Positions 40,101 through 53,059 of a DNA stretch of 64,000 nucleotides are shown here, in pieces. The stretch is from Mustelus asterias. Taxonomy: Eukaryota. Position 1 is the first letter of the stretch. Each line of letters starts with the position of its first letter. A program made the position numbers and the translations under genes. Location: the NCBI RefSeq assembly GCF_964213995.1, contig NC_135823.1:36828001-36892000 (forward strand). Reading direction: 5' to 3'. Under the pieces are notes generated by a model. It was not told the origin of the DNA. It worked only from the letters and a program-made list of their open reading frames with translations, and did no database searches.

Positions 40101-42904
40101 ACCCAACTTTTTATCTTGCAAAGGTAATGAATGCCATTATTCTTGCAAGTGTGGTTGACTCCCAGTTCCTGAACACTTTTCTGTAGCTGTGACTTTTCTG
40201 TTTCCTGCATCAGTCATGGTTGCACCCTTATAAAGACACTGCTGGTTTTGTCTTGAGAACTTGTCTTACCTGTTGTATACTGTGTTCTTTGTTGTTTAAA
40301 CTTGGCTGCTGCCAGATTTTTCTCTCCATTTTAAATTTACTTTCTGTAACTCATTTTGACACACTCTCTAAAGTTGTTTTTATAACCATGCTGCAATGGC
40401 AGTCTCCAACACATAGATTTCATGTAGCTAGCAGCAACTTGTGGTAAATATGTTGGGATTAGCTGAACCAGACTTCCTGCTGCTGCTTTAGAAAATTCCA
40501 AAAACACTGACTGCAGCCAGTTGCGCACACTTTGTATGTCAGAATGGTATACATTTGGGCAACACATTGTACAAAAGTAGCTCAAGTAAAACTATTTGCT
40601 AAAAAAGGGGGGGGGGGGGGAAACTCCTCCCTCATCTTTGTGAAGGCTGTAACGTTCTTCCAATTCAATGTAATTTTTGTGTAGGTAAAATGACAGGGGC
40701 AACCCTAACAGTAACCTATGTGAATATTAGGCCATAAGCAGCTTTTTTGAGTACAGTGATGCTCTAAATGTTGTCTATTGCGCGATTCCAATACAATTTA
40801 GAGTTCAATTACCCATCAACAGTGTTACATATGTTACTAATGCTGGATAAGCGTACTAGCCAGAGATATAAACCAACAAGTCTTCTAGTGGTATTGTTAA
40901 CACTTTAGTTGCAAGTGATGAAGAACAGCTTTGTTTATCTGTTTAGAGGTTGGGTAGTATTTTGTGGAGGTGGATGAGGTGGGGGCAGGGAGTGTCACAA
41001 TTGGATAATTCTATTCATTTTAGGTGAGCAATGGAATGTAATTTACGCCATATTAACTTTGTGCCCTCACAGTACAGTTTGAAATATAGATCAGATGTAG
41101 AATAAAAATCCCTCTGTGCTGTCCCAGCAAGATACTCAATCCTGCTGTTACATATGTGAGCCCTCAGTACCTTCTTTCTATGTGTCTCTGTTAATCTGGG
41201 AGAAGCGCATGCATTAGTAAATAGTGCTCAGATTTGGAAAATTGTTGAGGGGATGTGGCCCTTTTTATTTCCATCAAGTGGATTTGGATCACTTGAACTG
41301 GAATTGAAATATTGGATCAAAACCATTCAACAGCATTAACAGATCTGTTTACTTTTGTCCTTGAATTCCAAGCCCAAGGAGGAAACTAACCTAAACCCAA
41401 TAAAAGCTGTTTTAGCCCAACAGAGAGGGGCTTTCGTGTGGAATTCCTGTACAGTATATGCATCCTTAATTACTACATTGTCATGGTATTTGAGGAGTTG
41501 TGTTGTGAATAACCGGATCCGATTGCCAGTTATCAACTCTGTCACTGTTCCTTTAAGTGAATGAAATAGAATTGCGCAGAAAAGGAGTCCAGAATATCTT
41601 TTACTACATTTGTATCAATGTATCCAGAACTCTTTATACATAACTTTTTAAGCTCCGACTGGTGTTTTTCACTACTCTATGTATGTCCTGGTTCAAAAAA
41701 ATGCTTTTTTTTTTGAGGAGTGGGGAAAATTGCTTTTGTCAATCCACATAACTTCAGTTGGGTGTATACACAGTCCACTATTTTAAACCCAGAATCATAG
41801 AAATTGGCTGCACTGAAACCACCCATTCAAACTATTAAGTACTTGTGGAATGTTTCTCTGAGGCAGCTCATCCAAATCCACTTTCCTCACTCTGCATACC
41901 TTTTTTTTTTCAAACAACTATCTAAATCTCTTAAGAGAATTTATAGACTTTGCTACAGCAATGGTTGATGGCCGCTCTCTACCATCCCTATATGTAAATT
42001 ATACTAATTTTTCAAAGTGTTCTCCCTCGTAGCCATCTCTCTAATGCATGGAAACAATGACTTTTTATTATTCATTGTCCTGAAGTACTCTACCAAATCG
42101 TCCCTCAAGTTTGAGGTCCAGGGGGAAAATTAATTTGCCTCAATTTTCTCAGGGCAATTGTCTGCGTAACTTCCTTGTGCACTTTTGCTATGCACCCATT
42201 TTATTCTGTGTGAATCCTTCCTATATTTAGATATCCAAAACTGGGTGAGAATTGTTGTAAAAAGCTGTTCTTCGCCCTGTTGTCTGAATTGTCTGAATAA
42301 ATCCAAGGCTAAGATTTCTTCGAATCAAAAAATAGTCAAAGTGCAAATTAAAGTTTATACGTGACCCTTGAAACTCTTTTCTATGTACCTTTGTAGTTAA
42401 CAGAGACCAAAGCCTTGGGAACCCCTGATGCAGGACTTAATGAAGCATCGATCCAATTTAAGTTAAAAATGATTGAGAATTGAGAGAGAATGTTCTCTCT
42501 CCACAGAGGCTGTCACACCTACTGAGATTTTCCAGCATTTTCTGTTTTTGTTTGATTCCAGCATCTCAATTTACTTTCAAGTTAAAAATGATTCTGATTT
42601 AAGTTCAACTTTTAATTTGTACAAATAAAGTTCTCAAGTGCTGGAATTGAAAGCTGTTTTGTGGGTTTTTGCCTACTCCCACTTAGTCAATTAACACAAT
42701 CCTTAGTTTTCATGTTAGTAAGCATTTTATTTGCTAAATGCTGGAGATGGAGAAAGCAATGACAACAAAGCATTTTTGCAAAAATCGGTCCTCTTCAAAA
42801 ATGTTCCCATGGTTGTAAATGGAATGCAAGGGTGTAAAATGAGTTAACATTTCCTTTCCATAATAAATGCATACATATCTTCCATGAGCATATCCTGTTA
42901 ACCT

Positions 42905-43660
42905 TTACAGGAATAGTGGCAGATTAGATTAAAAATATGGCTGAATGACAGGAAACAGGATACTGGTGAACAATTTTTCCAGGCAGAAGGAATGTTGCAA
43001 TTTATTCACATTAATGACCTAGACTTGGGTCTATGGGGCACAATTGCAAAATTTGCAGATGAGGCAAAACTTGTAAGTATTGTGAATTGTAAGGAGGATA
43101 GTGATAGACTTGGACAGAACAGACTGGTGAATGGGTGCAAGATGAAATTCAATGCAGAGAAGTGTGAAGTGATGTATTTTGGTAGAAAGAATGGAAGAGG
43201 CAATCTAAGAGCACAATTGAAAAGGAATGCAGGAACAGAAAGATCTGGGATATATATGCACAAATTGTTAAAAGGTGGCAGGGTAGCTAAGAGGCATATG
43301 GGATACTGCACTTTCTAAACCGAAGCATAGCTTATAGGAGAAAATATATTCTGATGGACCTTTTATAAAAGACTGGTTCAGGTTCAACTTCAACTAGAAT
43401 ATTCTGGGCACTACACTTCAGGCGGGGTGTGAAGGCTTTACAGCAGGTGCAGAAAAGATTTACAAAAATATATGTAATTAGATGAGAGACTTTAGTTATG
43501 AGAATAGATTGAAGAAGCTGGAGGCTTTCTCCTTGGGACAAAATTGATCGTCAGCACTGAGATCGAAACTGTTCCCATTGGAAAAGTCAAGAACCAGAGG
43601 ACATCAATTTAGGATGAATGGTAAAAGAACTAACAACATGAGGAAAATATTTTTACACAG
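42905..43660 (+). mobile_element. CR1 RT / 3' fragment
   Basis: INDLDLG..TIAKFADEAKL, MKFNAEKCEVMYFG and SRTRGHQF. Confidence 0.85.
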
Positions 43661-44948
43661 AGAATTTGTAACGTCACGTACACCAATTGGTAATGGTACA
43701 ACGACTTCTATTCTTGCTCCAGAGTTAGCGCTGCCACTGCAAAAGAACACAGTTGATTACAAAAATATTTATTGTTCATTCCAGAGAAGGCATTTGAGAC
43801 ATACTCGTTCTGTTGCTACGAACACAATTAAAGGGCATACTCTTCCCTCATAATCTGTGAACAAGATCACAGAACATTGACTTATATTGAACCATGCAAT
43901 TAGAAAGGCATAGTACCAGGAAATGAGTAATGCAGTAGTATCAGGAAACAACAAATACAGGACAATACCTGTAGGGTAAATCTGTTCTTTAAGTTCAGAG
44001 TCAAGCAGTATTGTTTTCTATTCAAATGAATTAGTGCATCATGGCAGAAAAGGCTTTCACTATATTTGACAAGTGGAATGAAGAGAGGAGACATGGTTAC
44101 TAGTCTGCTCCGTGGTGCACAATGCAAATTGTGTATTAAGAGCAAGTGCCATCCTGTGTAAGCAGCATCCTTGTATACAATTCCCACTATCGGTGAAGGT
44201 TTGTAAGGGTAGATTATTTGGTCTGTCATGCCATTCCAAGATGCCACCGCCTTTCAGCCTCACTTTTGTGATGTCTTGATTATGACGAACTCGATTCATA
44301 CATACTTATTTTGTAAGTTAAACTTGATGTTACCAAAACATTTGAATTTACCAACTGAAAATTGAGTGAATTCATTACCTCAGAAATACTTGTATCGATG
44401 GAGTGCAGTTTTGGATTTTGCCATATCTTAAACCCTATTGTCATCATCACATCCTTAGCAGTTCAAAAGATTGTGCTCAACACATGAAGCTGATATTTTG
44501 CCCCCACCCGTATTAACCACACCTTTGGATACAATATTTAAACTTGATACAAGATTATTTTCACTCCTTTTTTTTCTCTCATTTCATATACCTTCTCTAC
44601 AAAATATTTAAATCCTTTTGTCAGTTCTGTTCTGTGTTGCAATGGCACTTCACCTAACGTTGAGCTCATACTGTTATTCATCTGTTCATCTATTAAAGTA
44701 CAGTCTGAATCCAAAATTTGTATTTAAAAACATTTCATTGTAGTGTGAATTATTTTTATTAATGTTCTCCCATCCCAGCACACACAGACTCAATGCATGT
44801 ACATTAGTGATGCACATTATAAAATAATGTTTATTCAGGTGAGTTTGTTACTAAAATGAATAGTGACCAGACTGTCTATTTGGGTTTGAAATGTGTGCCT
44901 TATCATGGTTTAAATGTGAATGTCTGTATTTAATTCTTCCATTAACAG

Positions 44949-44993
44949 ATTGATGACTCTGGAACATCTATCTCTCTGGCCCAGCTTACAAAG
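44949..44993 (+). CDS. RBBP6: RBBP6 exon 4 (IDDSGTSISLAQLTK)
   Basis: TTAACAG| acceptor, AAG|GTAGAA donor, 45 nt, phase 0-0. Confidence 0.96.
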
Positions 44994-47829
44994 GTAGAAA
45001 ATGTTTCTTTTTTGCTGTTAGTGGTGTTTTTTTTCCCTGCCAATTGAATCCATTGCAAAGTTTAATTGTATTAAATGTTGCACTAATCTGTAATTGTCCC
45101 ATATATTATCCAATGCAAATTTACATTAATGCATTGTATATTATTTTGCATAATGTTGCATATATTCAAATGCATTTATATTGTCATTAAAAGTATTGTA
45201 ATTTGTGTAAAATGTTAGTAACTTGAAACAATATATACCGAATATCCTGTAAAGAGTGAGTGAAATGGGGAAGATGGAAGGGAGTCCCTCGTCAGCCTCA
45301 CCTAGCTACTATAATGCTCGTCTACCTCAGTCAGTTATGAAAATACAGCAAGATAAAACCTTAGCTAATTGCTTTTTTTAAATCTGGGGTGTGGTGAATG
45401 CTAAATGGGTTATTCCACCTTTGTTGGCTTTGAACATCTCGCCGGTAAAGAAGGCGATAGAAGAACGAAAAAAGCCCAGATCACTGGATACGGTGATTGG
45501 TATGAAGGTTCTTGCCTTTAGCATCATCAAATTCATGTAAGACTGTAAGCATAAAGACTGTTATCTCAGCAATACAGCCAAGAAATGAAAGTTACCTCTG
45601 TTGTTGTTGATGAAGTATAAATCTTGTGTGTAAGTTTTTCCTGAATTTTATAGCAATGTCTACAGTCAAATAACCATGATTTGAATACGTGTATGCCAAT
45701 CCCCTGTGTTGTATTGACCCTTGCATAGCTTAGCATTGACCATGTAAATGTAAAACGCTAAATACAATAAACTATGTTCTCTTAAGACCAGATGTTGGAA
45801 AGGGTGTATATGGGTGATCATTTGTTTGAACACAGACTATAAACCTATGTGAAATTGGTGTTTTTTTTGTTGTTGCTGCGTCTTGGCTAATCTATAGAGA
45901 GGGACAAGTATTAGTCATATTAGTGGATGCTTGTGCCAAGATGAGAAAAAAGATGGAGATACCAGCTACCGCTCATTGTATTTACAGTGCCTTAACTTAC
46001 TGTACTTGCCCTCCTGATTTGTAGATCTCCCTGGATCATCTGAATTTAAACCCAATGTAACTATGTCCACAGGAAATGCATCTTCATTTTAGGGATGGAA
46101 AATTTGTATACCTGCAGAACCCCACACACATTCACTGGTATCTGGAGTTGATCATTTCTAGATATGTTTATCTAAAGTGGAATGCTGTTTGGGTTCAAAA
46201 CAAGTGTTTTGTGTGAGCGGTACAGTTAAACCTTGATGGGATCAATCTCTTATTTGCTGCATCATGGAATTAAACTTAAATTACTAAATGCCTAAAGAAT
46301 GGATGAGCGGTGAGGTTTTCGCACCTGATGGGTTATTAATTTGCAAGCTTCACAGCATTGTGTTATTAGTGTTTCACTGGGCATTTTGTTGAATGTTATT
46401 CAAGCACTGAGGTTCATCCACTGAAATAATTGATTTATTTGTGTAGCATACTGTTTTCCCAGTCCTAGTCATTTCTAGGATATATTTAAATGCAATTTGT
46501 GAATTCTGTCTGAAAGAGATTGCTCAAGAGAATAATCTTCTCATTCTCAACACAAGTCAAATGATCTGATGGGACAGATCATGTGTTCAGCAATAAGTAA
46601 CCTCCCTCTTGTTTACTTTTGTGCATCAATGTCGCATGTGGATATCATTTTTTTATCCATCTGCGTGGGTGATTTTTTTTATTGCCTGGAAGAGTAAGAA
46701 TATTTCATCTTAGCCAGTACTACATCGATTATTCCAGAACCTGGCTTGAAAATCTGCTGCACCGACAACAAAGGGCTTTTCCTAGCTGTGGCTCGTACTT
46801 TGCCTATTCACTCTTCACACAGGTTCTGCTAAAGTCCAAGGAGAATCCAAAACGAAGAGTTCCAGTATTGATCAATATTTCACACAGGAAAACTGGCTCA
46901 AATATTCAGAGCTGATATCAAATGCAAAAACTGCCACACAACTCCAGATGCCACACGGAAGGAACTTGTTTTCAAGACAGACCCTTACCGGCTGATTTAA
47001 TTGGGTGGTATCAGGGAATATGTTCAAATCATGCTGTGACTGTATTTGGGAGCACTCGAGCATAACTGTATCTCAGCTGTGTATGGAAACCATAATATCC
47101 TATTTACAGAAGTTTAAAATATGCTGCACAAAGGTCCAAAAGCCTGCTTTTCTGAAGGTAAGTGCTGCAGCATATCAACCTCCAAGTCCCTGCCTGGGAA
47201 AGGCTTCAACCATCCAGCAACTGGAAAACTAGATCTTAACTGAAGCATGCACTCTGAATCTGAGATACTCAAAGAAGCCACAGTTAGTATATCAAGTTGC
47301 ACACACAGGTTGTTTGAGCCAAAGGGAGGTGAAGATAATCATGTACCTTCGTCACTTCATACCATTAACTGAGTTGCCATGTGAACAGACTGCAGGTCTT
47401 GAATCTTGACTGAAATTCCTGAACAATGTGGTGTCTAAATTCCACCGAATTTTCCTACCACTCCAATAACCAGTCTTAATTTGAAATCCTATTTCAATCA
47501 TGAGACTTTGAAAAGATCCTGATTGCAGTTTGGGGCACAAACCTTTTAATTGTTTTGAAATTTGGATTAGCCAAATGCCTCTAATTTTTCAATTTCTGCC
47601 CCATGTCTATTGGTCATGAGTCTATTTTCTACAGTTATATAATTAGAAAGGAAAATAAGTTCTATTTTTTTTTCCCTCACCAGAATCGGGTGTTTCTGGT
47701 TAACCAGTCATATTCCAAATTGCAGGTCCCTGCCCTCATATCCCCGTTTCTCATTGTGGGTGATTCACTGCAGGTTTGATTTGTATTGCCTTTTGTATCA
47801 GTAGTTTTTGCATAACCACTGGAATAGAA

Positions 47830-48000
47830 ACTTAGCAACATCAGTATTTGAGTAGAAGGCCATTCGGCCCATTGAGCCTGCATCCCGAGCAATCCCACCC
47901 GGGTTCAATCTCCCATAACCCACATTTACCCTGCTAATCCCCTGACACTAAGGGGTAATTTAGCATGGCCAATCAATCTAACCTGCACATCTTTGGAGTC
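47830..48000 (-). mobile_element. HE1-like V-SINE, 3' half
   Basis: Reverse complement of the CCAAAGATGTGCAGGTTAG..TTGGCCATGCTAAATT.CCCCTTAGTGTC core and of the GGGCCGAATGGCCT tail. Confidence 0.75.
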
Positions 48001-48624
48001 CTTACTGAATGTTACAGTTTTTAAGCTGCCTTTGGTCCTTTTTTTAAAAAGACCTTAAGATGACCATGGGAGTGCTCCCTCTTTTAGATGGAGTAGAGAT
48101 GAAAATCTTAATGACATGTTCAGTTTAAAAAATGATTTTTCCTGTGTGGAATAACCTGAAGGATCGGGAATACTGTAGCTAAAGGTGGGAGCATTTGAAC
48201 AAGCTCTTTGGGGCTAACAAAAAGGACACAGGTCCATGATATGAGATGGCGTGTTTCTCCATGCAACTGAAATTGTTTTCCATCTGTAAGGCACAATGAT
48301 GAGTCCATCCTCAGCAGTGTAAACCAATAAAATATTTAGTGCAATACGGTGTTTCTTATGCGTTGTTACCATTAAATATTTTTTTAAATCTGATGTTTAA
48401 TTTTTGCTTCTGAAATGGGTTTTGGGGACATGGGGCTGTAGAGCTTTGTGAGGTGTTTGCCAGAATCTGTTGGTTGAAGAGCTTGTTGATCCAATTTAGT
48501 GGGATAGATATCTAGGGAATGTAAGGGAGATGCTGAGATTATAGTTGTGGACTAACTAACTTGGTGGTTGAGTAGGTTCTCCAGGTTAGCTGGTCGATTA
48601 TAAATGTTATAATGAGGCAAGTGG

Positions 48625-48780
48625 CAGAAGATCTGGGTTCAATTCCGGCCTTGGGTCACATCGAATTCTCTTCGTGTCTGTGTGGATTTCCTCCCACAGT
48701 CCAAAGATGTGCAGGATAGGTGGATTGGCATTATAACTGTTCAGGGTTACCAGGAGGAGGGGGATTCTATGGTTCTAGCG
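48625..48780 (+). mobile_element. Degenerate HE1-like V-SINE
   Basis: GGGTTCAATTCCGGCCTTGGGTCAC...TTTCCTCCCACAGTCCAAAGATGTGCAGG. Confidence 0.7.
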
Positions 48781-50714
48781 AATGAGGAAACAATCCGGTT
48801 TGTTCAGAAGGGAAATTATCTATCCTAGTGTGGGAATAATCAAGGTTTTCAAAGTTTCTAGTAAGGTTGGATTCTGATGTGGGGAGATTTATAAGTTGTC
48901 ATTTTCCGAACTGCTGGGGATGGGATTTGCCCTGATTGTGATAGATTCCTTTGGTTGCTTGTGTTACGGTGTGGGGGTTAGCTGTGTTTATAGTAAAGGG
49001 GTTCCATACTTAACTGAGAACCTGTGTTTTGGATGGTTGGTTATGGATTGTACTTATAACATTGTTTAAAGTCAGAGAAAAGCTGTCCAGTTGTCCCCAT
49101 ATATTGAATGGGTAATTTTTGTTTTGGATAGAAGATTTGAGTACATGAATACAGATTCTGATCCTATTAACATTATTGTGTAGTGTCTCGCAGGGAGAGA
49201 GTGGATTTTGCCTGTGTGCTACTTTTACTGTGAAATCCTACTCATAATCTCTAATAACCAGTGACAACACGAACACCAGTGACAGCAAGAGAACCTCAGC
49301 TCTGAAAGTTATCCTATATGATTTCACTGGAATAAATGCTACTAGCATTTAGATTTTTCCACAAATCCCAATGACTTACCTGAACTGAGTGATGGCAGGT
49401 CTAGGCTGCAATAATTCCAATGTTGTGTTATCATTTTTCCTTCATTTGTTGGAAATTGCTGCTGTTACCCTGATGCTATGGCCACAATTGGGGGCTTACT
49501 GCAGAATAGTGAACCCTGTGCCAAATCAAGTCCTATTAACTTGATGTACGCAGGCAATTAAAATAAGCAAATAAGTGTATAATGATTAAGAGTTTTAATT
49601 TCTAATCAAAATGCTTAAATACCCAATAAAAACATAGATTGAGAAACTGGTAAGCAGTCACCCACACAAACAGAATTGCAGGGATTTAGTTGTTTCTTCC
49701 AATGAAAAGTCAGCAGAGTTGATCTTACCAAGGGTTTTACTGTACATGTGTGCACTGCTGGTGTTTGAAATGGTGCTGAGAAAGTAAACTGTATGGAATA
49801 GAACCCAAATGGCTAGGTAGACTGGACTAAAACTCTTGATGGCTGGGTGTGGCTGTGTGAGAGCACCAAAGAACTCTTCTACATTAGATCTTCTATACTC
49901 TAGACTGTCAGAGCAGCCAGCGATGTTAATTACTATGAATTGACCAGAGAAAATGCTGACCCTAACTTCACCCTCCCCCCAACCTAAATAAATCTCTTAA
50001 CAGTTGCTATTTTGCTTCATCCAAGTTTGTATTTCCTCTTGGTTCAGGACAATTTTTTTATATTTAAATTTTAGAAGAACTAGGTCTTTGAATTTGTCAC
50101 ACCTGAGATTATAGCAGTGATCCAGAAGTAAGAATGATATTCATTCTGTCATCGACCAAGCATTGGTTTTGTCTTATTTCTGGGGCAAGTGACACATTCG
50201 AAGAAGCATGGTCGTCACTCATTTAGCTAACAAGCCCAAATAGTCTGCTTCAGTAAAAAAAAATGAGGTCTCTCCAAACAGAAGAGCATTTCTGCTTTTT
50301 TTTTTGACAATTTCCCTTTTTTAAAAGAATAGAAAAAATATAATTGATCTAGGATTGTTTTGGGCCTTTGAAAATTTCAGGTGCTCACATTGACCTCAAA
50401 AACCTCTTCACTGAGGTTAGGACCTTGCATTGAGAATTTCAATGAGGTCCTTGGAACAGTACATTGAGCATCATATAATGTCTTTGACTTCCTAAAAGTA
50501 TTATAATTCAGCTTCAGGTAACAGGCTTGAGGAGCTCTTTCTCCCATAAACGTTTACCCACCATCCCAGTCAACGAGGTGGTATTGTATCTATAAGCGGA
50601 TATACTTAAGAGCAATAGGGACAGGGTTTCCTGCTACTCTTTACAGGATGTGGACTGGAGTGTACAGTAAATTCTGGGTGGTAATTATTTTTGTAACACA
50701 CGCCTATCAAACAG

Positions 50715-50803
50715 ACGGCCAATCTGGCTGAAGCTAACGCCTCAGAGGAAGATAAAATTAAGGCAATGATGACTCAGTCTGGTCAAGAATATGATCCAGT
50801 CAA
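50715..50803 (+). CDS. RBBP6: RBBP6 exon 5 (TANLAEANASEEDKIKAMMTQSGQEYDPVN)
   Basis: 89 nt, AAACAG| acceptor, |GTAAGT donor; conserved peptide. Confidence 0.97.
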
Positions 50804-50896
50804 GTAAGTTGGAAAAATAACGCAATTCAAAATTTCAATATTGATATTCCACAGGTGGCAATTGATAGCGCATATTAATTTTTTTTTCTTTCCTAG

Positions 50897-50993
50897 TTAC
50901 ATGAAGAAACCTTTGGGTCCTCCTCCTCCAACTTATACTTGTTTTCGTTGTGGAAAACCTGGCCATTACATAAAAAACTGCCCAACAAATGGG
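50897..50993 (+). CDS. RBBP6: RBBP6 exon 6, CCHC zinc knuckle (CFRCGKPGHYIKNC)
   Basis: 97 nt, TTTCCTAG| acceptor, GGG|GTGGGT donor. Confidence 0.98.
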
Positions 50994-51703
50994 GTGGGTA
51001 AACATGGTTCAACATTATATTTTGTCGTAACAATACTGTGTTGCTCTTGAAGTGGGATCCTGAAACTCCCTGCCTTCTCTGGCCAGTGGTTAAACTGGAA
51101 GAACAAGTTGATCCAGTCGGGAATGCTTCAGAAAGACATCTTAAAATTTTTCTTAGTGGCAGAACAATATTGCTGGAGGCTGTACATTTTGTATTAATTT
51201 AGTGTCATTTAGAGCGGTGGTTTTGATCCTTTACTTTGTGATGTCCACTTGAAGTACTTGGCCATCTGCTAGACATGTGGCCAGAATAAACAGTTTTAGG
51301 CAACTTCATTCAGTGATCCATTATTTGCTGCTGAAATGGATGGATTTCCTTTTATTCTTTTTTTGGTAGAGTTGAAACATAGCAAATTATAGTATTAAAA
51401 CAGTTCAAATTGTGTTTTGTCCTGGATTAAGCTTGCCAGGAACAGTGCAATCTAGTTCTGCGTGAAATTGGCCCTACACTTGGTTTTAATGTGTTACTAC
51501 TCTGCAATAAACTATGCAACTGAATCTTCATAATTTATGGATGAGCTTCAAAGTTGAGATAGTAACTCTGGGATGTATGCTAGTCCAACACTAAATCCTC
51601 CGAAACTGCAGAAGATTAATGCATGGGAACAATTGTATTATCAGCAAGACAGTTGCATATATTTTAAAAAATAAATCCTTCAACTTCTTTTGATAAAATT
51701 CAG

Positions 51704-51843
51704 GACAAAAATTTTGAAGCTGTACCAAGGATTAAGAAAAGCACAGGGATTCCCCGCAGTTTTATGGTAGAAGTTGATGACCCAAACATGAAGGGTGCAA
51801 TGCTCACCAATACTGGGAAATACGCTATACCCACAATTGATGC
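51704..51843 (+). CDS. RBBP6: RBBP6 exon 7 (DKNFEAVPRIKKSTGIPRSFM...YAIPTIDA)
   Basis: 140 nt; conserved TGIPRSFM region; |GTAAGT donor. Confidence 0.98.
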
Positions 51844-52135
51844 GTAAGTACTTTAATTTCTGTTTACCTACAATACTGAGCTGCTTGTCTGGTGGATAGT
51901 CAGTCTTAATGCATGTACGGGGAATTTGATTGCAAGCTCCACAACTGCATTTCTCCCATTGTTAAGTTTTCCACACAACTATCTTTAATTGGCTTCCTGG
52001 ACAGTCATTCCCCATGTTAACTTCTGCACGAAGTAATCAAACATAAAATCTCTCTTCAGGGGAATAGCATTGTTTCTTTGATAGTTGTCACTGCTATAGT
52101 TTCAGAAACTGAACATAAAATTTTTTCTATTCTAG

Positions 52136-52308
52136 AGAAGCATATGCACAGGGCAAGAAGGAAAAGCCACCATTCTTACCTGAGGAGCCCTCCTCATCAT
52201 CAGAAGAGGAAGATCCAATTCCCGATGAACTGTTGTGCCTTATCTGCAAGGATCTTATGATGGATGCTGTTGTCATACCATGCTGTGGGAACAGTTACTG
52301 TGATGATT
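52136..52308 (+). CDS. RBBP6: RBBP6 exon 8, RING N-terminal half (DPIPDELLCLICKDLMMDAVVIPCCGNSYCDD)
   Basis: 173 nt, TTCTAG| acceptor, |GTAAGT donor. Confidence 0.98.
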
Positions 52309-52384
52309 GTAAGTCACCATCGGTGGAATGCATTGCTAATGAAGCAAGTTGCTAAACGGGTCAGACACTGGGATTCCTCTACTG

Positions 52385-52805
52385 TCAGCTGTGATTCAGT
52401 GGGTAACTCTCGACTCTTGAGTCAACAGGTCCTGAGTTCAAATCCCAGCCCAGGACTTGACAAGGCTGACACTCCAGTGCAGTACTGAAGGAACAGAGAT
52501 GCCATCTTAAGGATGAGACATTAAACCAAGGCCCCAATCTGCTTGGCTGGATGTAAAAGACACCACGGCACTATTTCAAAAAAGAGCAAAGGGGGTTATC
52601 CTTGGTGTCGTGGCCAATATTCATCCATCAATCAACATCACAAAAAGGAACAAATCATTTAGTTGTTAAGAAGTTTGCTGTACACATATTGGGTGTCATG
52701 TTTCTTTACATCAGTGGCTATGCTTCAAAAATGATTCATTGGTTGTGAAGCACTTAATTAGCCAATAATTGTGAAAAGCATTTTGTAAATGCAAGTTTTG
52801 TTTCT
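52385..52805 (+). mobile_element. Deu-domain SINE (SacSINE1-like)
   Basis: tRNA-like head (GAGTTCAAATCC), central GCTGACACTCCAGTGCAGTACTGA..GGATGAGACATTAAACC, tail AAATGCAAGT. Confidence 0.7.
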
Positions 52806-52909
52806 GTTTGCTATCATTTCTCATACTGTGATCTGTTTTTTATACTAAATACTTTCATTTTTTTTTAGTCCTAACTGTTTTGTTCCTTTTCTCCAATTGC
52901 TGTGTGCAG

Positions 52910-53013
52910 GTATCAGGACATCACTATTAGAGTCTGAGGAGCACACCTGCCCAACTTGCCACCAGACAGATGTTTCTCCTGATGCTTTGATTGCAAATAA
53001 ATTTTTAAGACAG
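52910..53013 (+). CDS. RBBP6: RBBP6 exon 9, RING C-terminal half (CIRTSLLESEEHTCPTCHQTDVSPDALIANKFLRQ)
   Basis: 104 nt, TGCAG| acceptor, CAG|GTATTT donor. Confidence 0.98.
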
Positions 53014-53059
53014 GTATTTCACCCAATCTAGAATTTTTGATTCTAAATTTACTGGCTTC

